Assembly (NCBI RefSeq): GCF_902713615.1
Contig: NC_052146.1
Coordinates: forward strand, 309,830,335-309,894,334
From: Scyliorhinus canicula
Lineage: Eukaryota
Length of the DNA: 64,000 nucleotides
Reading direction: 5' to 3'
The stretch's first letter is position 1, and each line of letters opens with the position of its first letter. The notes under the pieces are model-generated. The model was not told the origin of the DNA and did no database searches. It saw nothing but the letters and a program-made list of their open reading frames with translations. Shown here piece by piece: positions 22,198-35,140 of this stretch. A program made the position numbers and the translations under genes.

Positions 22198-25100
22198 AAC
22201 ATAGAATATAGTACATTATAGCGCAGTACAGGCCCTTCAGCCCTCGATGTTGAGCCGACCTGTGAAACCACTCTAAAGCCCGTCTACACTATTCCCTTAT
22301 CGTCCATATGTCTATCCAATGACCATTTGAATGCCCTTAGTGTTGGCGGGTCAACTACTGTTTCAGGCAGGTCATTCCACGCCCTTACTTCTCTCTGAAT
22401 AAAGAACCTACCTCTGACATCTCTCCTATATCTATCTCCCCTCAATTTATAACTATGTCCCCTCGTGCTGGACATCACCATCCGAGGAAAAAGGCTCTCA
22501 CTGTCCACCCTATCTAATCCTCTGCTCATCTTGAATGCCTCAATTAAGTCACCTCTTCACCTTCTTCTCTCTAATGAAAACAGCCTCAAGTCCCTCAGCC
22601 TTTCCTCATTAGGGCCGGGATTCTCCCCTACCCGGCGGGGCGGGGAGGGTCCTGGCGTAGCGGAGTGGCGCCAACCACTCTGGCATCGGGCCTCCCCAAA
22701 GCTGCGGAATTCTCCACACGTTTAGAGGCTAGGCCCGCGCCGGAGTGGTTTCCGCTATGCCGACTGATGCCAAAACCGGCACCAACAGCCTTTGACGCTA
22801 CGCCGGCCGGCGTCGGGGATGGCCAAAAGGCCTTCGCCAGTCCGCGCATGCGCCATGTGTCAGTGGCCGCTGACGTCACCACCGGCGCATGTGCGGTAGG
22901 GGGGTCACTTCCGCCTCCGCCGTGGTGGAGGCCGTGGCGGCGGCAGAAGAAAAAGAGAGCCCCTACGGCACTGGCCCGCCGGCCGATCAGTGGGCCCCGA
23001 TCGCGGGCCAGGCCACCGTGGGGGCACCCCTCGGGGTCCGATCGCCCCCCCCCCCCCAAGACCCCGGAGGCCAGCTCGCGCCGCCAATCCCGCCGGTAAC
23101 AGAGTGGTTTAAACCATGTCGGCGGGATTGGCCTGTCAGCAGCGGGACTTCGGCCTATCGCAGGCCGGAGAATCGCCACGTGGGGCACGCAATATGCACG
23201 GGGGGCACGCCGATCGGCGGGGCGTGATTCCCGCTCCCGCCGATTCCCGGGTGGTGGAGAATTCCGGCAACGGCGGGTGCGGGATTTACGCCGGCCCCGG
23301 GCGATACCCCGATCCTGCGGGGGTCGGAGTATTCCGCCCCAGATCTTCACTCCATATCAGGCAACATTCTGGTAAATCTCATCTGCACCCTTTCCAATGC
23401 TTCCACTTCCTTCCTACAGTCCGGCGACCAGAACTGTACGCAATACTCCAAATGCGGCCGCACCAGAGTTTTGTACAGCTGCAACATGACCTCATGGCTC
23501 CGAAACTCAATCCCTCTACCAATAAAAGCTAACACACCGTACGCCTTCTTAACAACCCTCTCAACCTGGGTGGCAACTTTCAGGGTTCTATGTACATGGA
23601 AATCGAGGTTTCTCTGCTCATCCACACTACCAAGAATCTTACCATTAGCCCAGTACTCTGTCTTCCTGTTATTCCTTCCAAAATGAATCACCTCACACTT
23701 TTCTGCATTAAACTCCGTTTGCCACCTGTCAGCCCAGCTCTTCAGCTTATCTATGTCCCTCTGTAACTTGTAACATCCTTCTGCACTGCCCACAACTCTA
23801 CCGACTTTAGTGTAATCTGGAAATTTACTCAGCCATCCTTCTACGCCCTCCTCCACGTCATTTATAAAAATGACAAAAAGCTGTGGCCCCAAAACAGATC
23901 CTTGTGGTACACCACTAATAACTGGACTCCAGTCTGAACATTTCCCATCAACCACCACCCTTTGTCTTCTTCCAGCAAGCCAATTTCTGATCCAAACTGC
24001 TGCATCACCATGAATCCCATGTCTCCGTATTTTCTGCAATAGCCTACCGTGAGAAACCTTATCAAACGCTTTACTGAAATCCGTATACACCACATCAACT
24101 GCTTTACCCTCATCCACCTGTTTGGTCACCTTCTCAAAGAACTCAATCAGGTTAGTGAGGCACGACCTACCCACAACAAAACCATGTTGACTATCTCTAA
24201 TCAAATTATTCCTTTCCAGATGATTATACATCCTATCTCTTATAAACCTTTCCAAGACATTGCCCACAACAGAAGTAAGGTTCACTGGTCTGTAGTAACC
24301 GGGGTTGTCTCTACTCCCCTTCTTGAACAAGGGGACAACATTTGCTATCCTCCAGTCTTCTGGCACTATTCCTGTAGACAAAGATGACTTAAAGATCAAA
24401 GCCAAAGGCTCAACAATCTCCTCCCTAGCTTCCCAGAGTATCCTAGGATAAATCCCATCCAGCCCAGGGGACTTATCTATTTTTACACTTTCCAGAATTG
24501 CTAACACCTCCTCCTTATGAAACTCAAGCCCTTCTAGTCTAGTAGCCTGAATCTTAGTATTCTCCTCGACAACATTGTCTTTTTCCTGTGTGAATACTGA
24601 CGACAAATATACATTTAGCACCTCTCCTATCTCCTCGGACTCCACGCACATCTTCCCACTACTGTCCTTGACTGGCGCTACTCTTACTCAAGTCATTCTT
24701 TTATTCCTGACATATCTATAGAAAGCTTTAGGGTTATGCTTGATCCTACCTGCCAAAGAATTCTCATGTCCCCTCCTGGCTCTTCTCAGCTCTCTCTTTA
24801 GAGCCTTCCTAGCTAACATGTAACTCTCAAGCGTTCTAACTGAACCTTCACGTCTCATATCTTTACATAAGCCTCCTTCTTCCTCTTGACAAGTGTTTCA
24901 ACTGCTTTAGTAAACCACGGTTCTCTCGCTCGACCACTTCCTCCCTGCCTGACATGTACATCCTTATCAAGGACACGCAGTAGCTGTTCCTTCAACAAGC
25001 TCCACATTTCCATTGTGCGCATCCCCTGCAGTTTTCCTCTCCATCCCATGCATCCTAAGTCTTGCCTCATCGCATCATAATTGCCTTTCCCCAGATATAA

Positions 25101-25975
25101 CTCTTGCCCTGCGGTATGTACCTATCCCTTCCCATCACTAAAGTAAACATAATCAAATTGTGGTCACTATCACCAAGGTGCTCACGTACCTCCATATCTG
25201 TCCTGGTTCATTACCCAGTATCAAATCCAATACGGCCTCGCCTCTCGTTGGCCTATCTACATACTGTGTCAGGAAACACTCCTGCACACATTGGACAAAA
25301 ACGGATCCCTCTAAAGTACTCGAACTATAGCGTTTCCAGTCAATATTTGGAAAGTTAAAGTCCCCCATAACAACTACACTGTTGCTTTCGCCCCTATCCA
25401 GAATAATGTTTGCAATCCTTTCCTCTACATCTCTGGAACTTTTTGAAGGCCTATAGAAAACCACTAACAGGGAGACCTCTCCTTTCCTGTTTCTAACCTC
25501 AGCCCATACTACCTCAGTAGATGAGTCCTCATCAAACTTCCTTTCTGCCACCGTAATACTGTCCTTGACTAAGAATGCCACCCTTCCCCCTCTTTTACCA
25601 CCTTCCCTGAGCTTACTGAAATATCTAAACCCAGGCACCTGCAAAAACCATTCCTGTCCCTGCTCTATCCATATCTCCGAAATGGCCACAACATCGAAGT
25701 CCCAGGTACCAACCCATGCTGCAAGTTCACCCACCTTATTCCGGATGCTCCTGGCACTGAATGAGACGCACTTTAAACCACCTTCCTGCCTGCCGGCACA
25801 CTCCTGCAGCTTTGAAACCTTACTCATGACCTCACTACTCTCAACCTCCTGTATACTGGAGCTACAATTCAGGTTCCCAATCCCCTGCTGAACTAGTTTA
25901 ATCCCTCCAGAAGAGAATTCACAAATTTCCCCCCCAGGATATTGGTACCCCTCTGGTCCAGGTGTAGACCATCCT
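22198..25975 (-). mobile_element. 5'-truncated CR1/HER1-type LINE (end of ORF1 plus ORF2) inserted in the Gypsy 3' LTR
   Basis: APE ORF 25153-25827 and RT ORF 23347-24651. 3' tail at ~22198 and LTR sequence resumes at ~25976. Confidence 0.92.
22613..23340. mobile_element. Harbinger-type MITE (728 bp) inserted in a LINE
   Basis: Termini GGCCGGGATTCTCC / GGAGTATTCCGCCCC with AG on both flanks. The left end matches the Harbinger terminus at 2972. Confidence 0.88.
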
Positions 25976-26454
25976 GACCTCTACTTCTGCTTTTTTAGTT
26001 TCATTTTGAGAAAGAGCTTGGGTGTGTTTGTGTTTATCAATGAGCCGCTCTGCTGTTGTGTTCTGCCATCCAAAGACTATCTCTGTATCATTTGGTGCAC
26101 TCATAATTATAAAAAGGTCTCAATATTGAATGTAAACCTAATGTACTCCTGTTTGAAGGTTTGCTAAGTCTTTTGGGTGCAAAAGGACAGCATACAGGTT
26201 ACTTAGTGTTGCATTCTTTGGGGGTGTATTTGATTTACTGGTTGCTAAGATATTCACTGTTTGTTTTAAAAAGGTTAACTTGAGGTCATAGAATAAACAT
26301 TGTTTTGTTATAAAAACCACTGGTCCATTTTCTGCTGTACCACACCTGTAGAGTGGGCCATGTTCTCCCCATACCACAATCTATTAAAAGTTGTGGGTCA
26401 GGTGAACTCCATGATACACTTTGGGGTACTTTAAACCCTGGCCCATAACAACTT

Positions 26455-27900
26455 GAATTACATAACATTGAGAGGGAGGAGGTTTTAACTGTTTTAACAG
26501 ATCTGTAAGTGGATAAATCCCTGGGGCCAGATAAGATGTATTCCAAGTTGCTGTGGGAGAGAAGGGAGGAGATTTCAGCAGCTTTTACAAACAGTTTCAA
26601 TCTTCTCTGGGCACAAGAGGACTGGAGGACAGTTAATGTGGGACAATTATTCAAGAAGGGAAGTGAGGACGTACCAGGAAATTACAGGCCCGTGAGCCTA
26701 ACTTCAGGGGGAGGGGAACTACTGGAAAAGATTCTGAGGGACAGAATTAAGCTCCGCTTGGCGCGTCTAGGACTAATCAAGGATGGTCAGCATGGTTTTG
26801 TCAAAGGGAGAACGAGGCGGGGATTCTTCCCTGGCTGACGCTGAAATCGCAAAACGCAATTCGGCAGAAAATTGGTTCCATCGCCAGGATCGCAGCGGGT
26901 GCCAATTTGACGTTAAATCGCAAATCTCCATCACCATGACAACGGCATTAATGCGGTCCGGAACGCATGTACAGTAAACACTGTTTGATGTCATGAGCGG
27001 GTCTGACCCGGTATTCTCATTGGCCTCGGAATGGTCGGACCCTGGGAAGTAGAGAGGATCAAAGGGACCTTGGTGTGCAGGTTCACAGATCTCAGAAGGC
27101 AGCAGGAGAGGTTGGTAAGGTGGGTAAGAAGGCCAATGGGATTCTTGTCTTTATTAACCGAGGCATTGAATAGAAGAGCAGGGAGGTTGTGCTGGATCTG
27201 TATAAATGCTGGTTAGGCCCCAGCTGCAGTACTGTGTGCAGTTCTGGACACCACACTATAGAAAGGAAATGATTGCTCTGGAGAGGGTGCAGAGGAGATT
27301 CACCAGGATGCTGCCTGGGCTGAAGCGTTTCAGCTACCAACAGAGATTGGATAGGCTGGGGTAGTTTTCCCTGGAGCAGAGAGGCTGAGCGGGAACCTGA
27401 TTGAGGTGAATTAAATTGTGAGGGACAAAGATAGGGTGGACAGGAAGGTACTTGAAATGAAATGAAATAAAATGAAAATTGCTTATTGTCACAAGTAGGC
27501 TTCAAATGAAGTTACTGTGAAAGGCCCCTAGTCACCACATTCCGGCGCCTGTTTGGGGAGGCTGGTATGGGAATTGAACCTGACCTGTCTTGCAATTTAG
27601 CCCAGTGTGTTAAACCAGCCCCTTTTCCCTTAGCGGAGGGGTCAGTAATCAAGGGGCACAGGTTTAAGGTAAGGGGTAGGAGTCTAGTGGAGATGTGAGG
27701 AAAAGCATTTTCACTCTGAGGGTGGTGGGAATCTGGAACTCGCTGCCTGAGAGGGTGGTAGAGGCAGGAACCCTCATAACCTTTCAAGAAGTGTTTAGAT
27801 CAGCAGTTGAAATGCCGCAGATACAAGGCTACGGTCCAAGGGCTGGAAAACGGGATTAGACAGGGAGGTGATGGGTGGCAGGGGTGTGATGGGCCGAAGG
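26455..27900 (+). mobile_element. CR1-type LINE fragments with a MITE-like fragment (~26812-27060) and a minus-strand SINE (~27455-27625)
   Basis: GNYRPVSLTS and QHGFVKG motifs, LINE 3' end, CpG-rich insert. Confidence 0.75.
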
Positions 27901-28057
27901 GCCTGTTTCTGTTCTGCAAAACTCGATGAGAATGAATTCAAACTGTACAGACAGATTTTCAGGCAGCAGAAAATAGTTCCTGACAGGGAAGTTCAAATCC
28001 TGCCATTAGTGAAGTTGAGACACGAGGGAGCTTGTAGATCAACACTGACGCTAAATA

Positions 28058-28271
28058 GTGATGATGTGGAGATGCCGGCGTTGGACTGGAGTGGGCACAG
28101 TAAGAAGTCTTACAACACCAGGTTAAAGTGCAACAGGTTTGTTTCAAACACTAGCTTTCGGAGCACTGCTCCTTCCTCAGGTGAATGAGGAATGAGGAAG
28201 GTGCAGTGCTCCGAAAGCTAGTGTTTGAAACAAACATGTTCAACTTTAACCTGGTGTTGTCAGACTTCTTA
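28058..28271. mobile_element. Penelope-like element terminal repeats in inverted arrangement
   Basis: gtaagaagtcttacaacaccaggttaaag...ctttcggagcactgc (28100-28180) is mirrored by gcagtgctccgaaag...cctggtgttgtcagacttcttac (28202-28271). Confidence 0.7.
28149..28183 (-). ncRNA. Minimal hammerhead ribozyme motif (Penelope type)
   Basis: Minus strand reads CAC-CUGAGGA-A-GGAGC-AGU-GCUCC-GAA-AGCU-A-GUG. This gives the CUGANGA core, stem II, GAAA, a palindromic AGCU stem III, a CUA cleavage triplet and a CAC/GUG stem I. Confidence 0.65.
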
Positions 28272-28689
28272 CGGTAAAAAGTGAGGCAGCAGTTCACCAA
28301 AATAGATTCAGAAATCTGTAACGAGGAGACACAAGATGAGAATAAAAAAAGAGCAGCACTGAACAGTGAAGGGTGGGTCCTGAGAGGGGACCCCCTTAAA
28401 ACCGGATAGCTAGGATAACACTAGAATAGTTCTACATCAGTTGAGTTTATTGAGGATTGAGACTAATGATAGAAAGGACACCCAGTAATCATTATTAACC
28501 ATTAAACATGTATTTTTAGAGCATAACAATAACAAGCATTCAAACTCTTGCTAAAAGCAGCGGCCGCAGTGCATGATGGGATTTATGCTGACTAACTTGC
28601 CCATGTTGTTAAGACAAACAGAATTAGACAGAGATAGTGTGGTTAGCAACTAACTGACCCAGTCAACACAGTCAGCTGAGTGAGCATTT

Positions 28690-29570
28690 CTTATCAGTGG
28701 CCCCAGAATCATGTCTCAGACAATCCATGGTACAAAGAGGAACCAACTTCAACATCCTGCCCCTAGATGAAGAATGCGGTGGGCAGGAACTGGCTGAGAT
28801 AAGCAGCATGGGGATGGGAGATAAACAAGACATAATGGATAAAGAGTCCTGGTAAACAAAAGGTGGCAGAATGTGGTTAAACAATGAGCTGATCACACAG
28901 TCATCATGCTGCTTAAAGTAAACTTCATTGGTCAGTATAAAATTGACAGCTCCAAGGAATGTATCAAGTCCAACTGGAATGGGCTATTGATTTTTGTGAA
29001 ATTGTATAACTGGGGAGCCTGCACCAGTGTAAAGTGGAGTGGTTTTGGCATTTATCCAAATCACTCTCCCGTGTACATTGACCAAGCTTGGAAAATAAAG
29101 CCGTCTTAATGAGAGTTGATGCAGGTCTTTGTGTTCAGCCAATCTGTAACTAAGAGGGAGGAACCCCACGTAAAAGCCAGCTCAGTACTCAGTCCTTGAA
29201 AGCGCTCCGACAAACACAAAGTGAATGAACACAGAATTAGAACTTTTAATATAAATGAGCTGACTTTGTGGGAAGAGGCAGCAACGGGAAAGGAAAATGT
29301 TCTGATGGAACTCAACAACTTTGAAAATCTCCGGTGGAGCTGGAAGGGCAGAGAAAGCGGCAACAATTAGACCGTTTGACACAAAACAAGATGAAAGTCG
29401 GAGCTCTGGAGGAGGGAAAGAGAATGAGCTGCTCTGAGACACAGTGGGCGTCTCCAGATAAAGGAAGAAGAATTGGACAAGAGGCTGTGGCTTTCTCACT
29501 GAACTATGAAGTAAACCGTCTTGGACATTACAGCCTGGAATTCACTTGCTGTTGTGAGGAGGTTCTGGTG
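28690..29570 (+). mobile_element. Possible old L1/Tx1-like ORF2 fragment
   Basis: Degenerate peptides (NHSPVYID, WKIKPS, TLWEEA) loosely resemble the L1 endonuclease C-terminus and linker. Weak support. Confidence 0.3.
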
Positions 29571-29925
29571 TAACAGGTGATTTTGTGCTTTCTAGGATGT
29601 GGTTTGCTGCTGTCTATATTTTACACCCTGGATTCCTGTCTAACCTGAGCCCTCTGTGTGGGCCTTTCCTGAGACTGATGACAGCTTATCACCATCAGTA
29701 ACAACGTTCTGTGTAGGTGTGAGCTCATGGCCTGGAGTTTCTGTGGGTTGAACAGTGTTCAGAATATGTTTCAGACGCAGTAAGGACACATTTGAATTAG
29801 TAATGAGCAAAGGGCCAGAATTCATCAATAATCAGTTTGTAAAAGAAAGAAAGATTTGTATTTATGCAGCACTTTGCACATCTACTCGACATCTCAACGT
29901 GCTTCCCAGCTAATGATGTTCTTTT

Positions 29926-30128
29926 GAAATGAAATGAAATGAAATGAAAATGAAATGAAAATCGCTTATTGTCACAAGTAGGCTTCAAATGAAGTTACTG
30001 TGAAAAGCCCCTAGTCGCCACATTCCGGCGCCTGTTGGGGGAAGCTGATACGGGAATTGAACCGTGCTGCTGGCCTGCCTTGGTCGCCTCTCAAAGCCAG
30101 CGATTTAGCCCTGTGCTAAATCAGCCCC
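29926..30128 (-). mobile_element. SINE copy with (aaatg)n tail
   Basis: Same sequence as 27455-27625 and the reverse complement of the SINE at 10759. Confidence 0.85.
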
Positions 30129-30528
30129 TAGCCCCTTTTGAAGTGTAGTCACTGTTTTAATGCAGGAAAGAGCAGCCAATAAAGAGCAGAGTCTGAGGGA
30201 ACCTGACTGGGAATTCCCATAACAGGAAAATAAAGCTGGAAATGGGGAATAGAAAAGTAGGAGATGAAAGTCGAAGGTGGCAGAAACAATGATCAGCAGC
30301 AAATAGAGTCAAAATAGGGAAAAATCTGAATTAAAAGCTCTCTATCTTAATGTACAAAGCATTCACAATAAAGCAGGTGAATTGATGGTACTAATAGAAG
30401 TAAAGAGGAAAGATCCAATAGGTATGATGGAGACATGGCTGCTGGGTGACCAAGGGTGGGAACTGAATATTCAAGGGTTTTCCACATTGAGGAAGGACTG
30501 GAAAAAAGAAACTGGATGTTATATTCTG

Positions 30529-32950
30529 TGTTGTGGCTCTGCTAAAGGTGCACACAGAAGATCTACTTCTTTGACTAGTAAAATAGATTATTGACAAAAT
30601 GAAAAAGTGGAAAGATAATTAACAAACTATAATATTAACGGTAATGAATAAGTGCATTTTAATGGAGCTACATCTAATACGACTGTCCTCCAGTATGACT
30701 TACTATCACCTGTCAGATCTGTAGAGCCACCTGGTGGATCCTTGTTGCCACCTGCTGGTCAGAGGTCGCACAGAGAACTAGGTACATTAATGGATGAATA
30801 TAGACATTATTGTGTACATACATATCACCACATCCCCCTTCCTTTGCAAATGTTGACATTTACATATGTAACTGTACTTCACCAAACATGACATTCACAA
30901 TGCTTTCAAACATGTAACTACACGGTTCATTACAGATTCAGTCTGTCAGGTTTAAGATGTAATCTGGTTGATCTCCTGAGCAGTGGTGAAGTCGGCGATC
31001 GTGTTTCACCTTCATTTGTCGTTGGTGTTCCTGCTTGTTCGGTATTTATTGCTGCGGATGTTTCTCTGAGCGCTGACTCTGATTGGTGGTCTGTATCCTC
31101 TTCAGGTGTTTTGGGATTACATACCAACTCTTCTGTTGGACAAAACAAAGGGACATTGAACTTTGAACCGCGCTCTTCGGTTTCTCCACAAGACTGAGCC
31201 ATCCTCAGTGATGATGAGAAACGGATGTTGTCGTGGAAATCATAATAAGACAAATTCCTCGAGGTTTGATTTAAGGAAATTAATTTGCACAAATATATTT
31301 GCAGAGAGAGAGTGTTCTAGCTGCAAAGCCATTGCACTGCACTCTGAGATTCCATTGAAGGAAGGATATTTTTTATAGTCTGAAATAACAGCTTGAAGTA
31401 AACAGCCATGTTTATATTAAATAGACCTTGGAAAGTACACAAGATGAAATACATAGTACGTATGTTCTTGCCCTTGGCTAAAACAATTTGAGTACTCATT
31501 TTGTTATCTTTCGGAGGACAATATGATTTCATAACAAGGCCAAGACCAGAATATTTCAGCATTTTCCCTAAAAAGTAGTGTTAATTATAGTCAAGCATTT
31601 CCCAGCATGCTTCTAAATTGGCAACTCATTAATTTCCCTTCCAAAGATGTGGGCCAGCCTGTTGCAGTACCTTTGCCAGCCTTACCCATCTGTTTCCATT
31701 GGCATTCTCCAGCCTAACCGGGTCACCTGGATGTGCTGGCTGGAGCTTCCTGGCGAATCTACCGTAGAACCCCTTCTGCCTCCTTTTCTGAAGCAGCAGC
31801 TTCCGCTCCGGTCCTCGATCCACGGGGTGAGCTGTGATGGAAGGCAGGGTGGTCCGTAGCTACCTGTTCATCAGCAGCTGTGCTGGTGACAGCGCATTGA
31901 TGAGCGGTCAGACCGATAGACCAAAGGTGCCAGATCCATGTCCTCCTGGCTGCCAATGGCTTTCTGCAGTAGGGTTCGCTGGCAGTGCTACCTCCAGATA
32001 ATTACAGATGCAGTCGATGACCAAAAGGTCTCTTCCATTGAAGTGGGAAAGGTCCATGCCCACCTTCTGCCAAGGGGTTGAGATGATTTCCCCCATGTCC
32101 ATCGGCTCTTTGCTCTGCCTGCACTGGAACTCCTGTCAACCATGGCCGTCATGTCTTGGGTGCTGCTGGGCCAATAAACTGTATCCCTAGCCCTGCGCTT
32201 GCACTTTTCAATGTCCAGGTGTCTTCCATGGTGCTTTTTGAGAATGAGTGTCCTCCAGGAATATGGAACCACAATCCTGCGCTGTCGCTGTGGAAATCCA
32301 TTCATTCACTCAGCTCTGCTCTCACATTGTAATAACCTGATCAGGAACCCTTAGGCCATCCCTCGTGGAGATACTTTATTACGTGTTGGAGGACTGTGTC
32401 CTTGGCTGTTTCTTCCTTCATTTGACCTGACTTATCATCAGAGACTGGAAGATCACGTGACAAGATCAACATGTCCTCACCAACCAGGCGTGTTAATGGC
32501 CGTGGCTCAGGGAAGCACGTCAGCGACAATGAGATGCTTGCCTGGTGTGTAGATTAGATCGAAATCATAGCGTTGGAGCTTCATCACTATACACTGGATT
32601 CTCGGGGACATTTCACTGAAATTCTTCGGTGCAATTGAGGCGAGTGGCCTGTGGTCAGTCTCCACAAGAAAGGTCGGAAGACCATACACATTATCATGGA
32701 ATTTGGCCAAGCCATTGATTAAACCAAGTTATTCCTTTTCAATTTGCACATACCTGCATTTCGTCTCTGACATGGAGGCGATTGCCACAGGCAGCCAGCT
32801 GCCTTCTGTATTCTGAAGCAGTAAGACCGCTCCTAGGCAGAGGAAACAATAGCCTGAAGACTGTGTTAAACATACACAGCTTTGTGCTCGCTTTGTCCAG
32901 TTTGAGCTGCCAAAAGCCTTGTGACGCATCCAACTTGCTGAAACACGTCA
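30529..32950 (-). mobile_element. Deleted Ty3/Gypsy element (RT, RNase H and integrase fragments plus 3' LTR 30529-30832)
   Basis: CFSKLDASQGFWQL, VETDHRPL, LQRYDFDLIYTPGK, RARDTVYWP and PWQKVGMDL motifs. PPT ggaaggggga followed by a TG...CA-bounded LTR. Confidence 0.85.
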
Positions 32951-32954
32951 CTGG

Positions 32955-35140
32955 TGTGCATGCATATCACCATACTGGCGATGGGGTAATGTTGATAATA
33001 GTGGATAAGGTCAGTGCAAAGGAGATTAGAGAACAAGAACAAGATGTGAAATCTGGGCTGGGCTAAGAAACAGCGAGGGCGCAGGACACATTGATCAGAA
33101 TTGTTTACAGCCCACCAAACAGTCATGGTGATGTCGGTCATGATATAAGTCAGGAAATTAGATGTGCCTGTGACAAGGTAAATACAGTAATCATGGGTGA
33201 ATTCATTCATAGATACATAGAATATAGGAGCAGGAGGAGGCCTTTTGGCCCTTTGAGCCTATTCCATCATTTATCACCATCATGGCTGATCATCCAACTC
33301 AATAGCCTAATCCTGCTTTCTCCCCATCGCCTTTGATCCCATTCTCCCCAAGTGCTATTTCCAGCCACCTCTTGAATATATTCAATGTTTTAGCATCAAC
33401 TACCTCCGATGGTTCTGAATTCCACAGGCTCACCACTCTTTGGGTGAAGAAATGTCTCCTCAACTCTGTCCGAAATGGTTTACCCTGAATCCTCAGACTG
33501 TGACCCCTGGTTCTCGACACACCCACCTTATATGTTTTACAAAGAACAAAGAACAAAGAAAAGTACAGCACAGGAACAGGCCCTTCGGCCCTCCAAGCCC
33601 TGTGCCGACCATGCTGCCTGACTAAACTACAATTTTCTACACTTCCTTGGTCCGTATCACTCTATTCCCAACCTATTCATGTATTTGTCAAGATGTCCCT
33701 TAAATGTCACAATCGTCCCTGCTTCCACCACCTCCTCCGGCAGCGAGTTCCAGGCACCCACTACCCTCTGTGTAAAAAACTTGCCTCGTACATCTGCTCT
33801 AAACCTTGCCCCTCACACCTTATACCTATGCCCCCTAGTAATTGACCCTCTACCCTGGGGAAAAGCCTCTGAATATCCACTCTATCTATGCCCCTCATAA
33901 TTTTGTAGACCTCTATCAGGTCGCCCTTCAACCTCCGTCGTTCCAGTGAGAACAAACCAAGTTTATTCAACCACTCCTCATAGCTAATGCCCTCCATACC
34001 AGGTAACATCCTGGTAAATCTCTTCTGCACCCTCTCTAAAGCCTCCACATCCTTCTGGTAGTGTGGCGACCAGAATTGAACACTATACTCCAAGTGTGGC
34101 CTAACTAAGCTTCTATACAGCTGCAACATGACTTGCCAATTCTTATACTCAATGCCCGGCCAATGAAGGCAAGTATGCCATATGCCTTCTTGACTACCTT
34201 CTCCACCTGTGTTGCCCCTTTCAGTGACATGTGTACCTGTACACCTAAATCTCTCTGACTGTCAATATTCTTGAGGGTTCTACCATTCACTGTATATTCC
34301 CTACCTGCATTAGTCCTTCCAAAATGCATTACCCCACATTTGTCCGGATTAAACTCCATCTGCCATATCTCCGCCCAAGTCTGCAAACAATCTAAATCCT
34401 GCTGTATCCTCTGACAGTCCTCATCGCTATCCGCAATTCCACCAACCTTTGTGTCGTCTACAATCTGTGCAAGTTCAGCCGGCAGTTAGGAAGGCAAATG
34501 CAATGTCAGCATTCATGTCGAGAGGGCTAGAATACAAGACCAGGGATGTACTTCTGAGGCTGTATAAGGCTCTGGTCAGACCCCATTTGGAGTATTGTGA
34601 GCAGTTTTGGGCCCCGCATCGAAGAAAGGATATACTGGCCTTGGAAAGGGTCCAGAGGAGGTTCACAAGAATGATCCCTGGAATTAGGAGCCTGTCATAT
34701 GAGGAATGGTTGAGGACTCTGTGTCTGTACTCGTTGGAGTTTCGAAGGATGAGGGGGGAGTCTTATTGAAACTTACAGGATACCGCGAGGCCTGGATAGA
34801 GTCGATGTAGAGAGAATGTTTCCATTTGTAAGAAAAGCGAGAACCAGAGGACACCATCTCAGACAAAAAGGGACAATCCTTTAAAACAGAGATGAGGAGG
34901 AATTTCTTCAGCCAGCGAGAGGTGAATCTGTGGAACTCTTTGCCGCTGAAGGCTGTGGAGACCAAATCACTGAGTGTCTTTAAGACAGAGATAGATTGGT
35001 TCTTGATTAATAAGGGGATCAGGGATTATGGGAAGAAGGCAGGAAAATGGGAATGAGAAAATATCAGCCATGATGAATGGCGGAGCAGACTCGATGGGCC
35101 GAGTAGCCTAATTCGTTTCCTATGTCTTATGGTCTTATGG
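32955..35140. mobile_element. Stack of CR1-type LINE 3' fragments in both orientations
   Basis: LVRPHLEY, FTRMLPG and QRVVSLWN motifs on both strands. Confidence 0.85.

Larger units (their letters stand above)
11825..26450 (+). mobile_element. Gmr1-like Ty3/Gypsy LTR retrotransposon (degenerate), host to two nested LINEs
   Basis: 5' LTR 11825-12467 and PBS. Gag ~12560-13860 with CCHC knuckle CFHCNKLGHVKPQC. Protease LRDTGA ~14050. Integrase ~19400-20530 (SDQGSNF, YHPDSQGALERWHQTLKTML, GPY/F-like module) lies before RT ~20780-21400 (LDLLKGYWQVPL, MPFGMNNAPATFQR) and RNase H 21487-21900. PPT ggggggggagg, then a split 3' LTR at 22095-22197 and 25976-26450. Confidence 0.9.

Noticed and set aside
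17098-23350. Many overlapping Arg/Pro/Gly-rich ORFs on both strands
   Set aside because: Stop-poor GC-rich MITE sequence with no recognisable protein domain.
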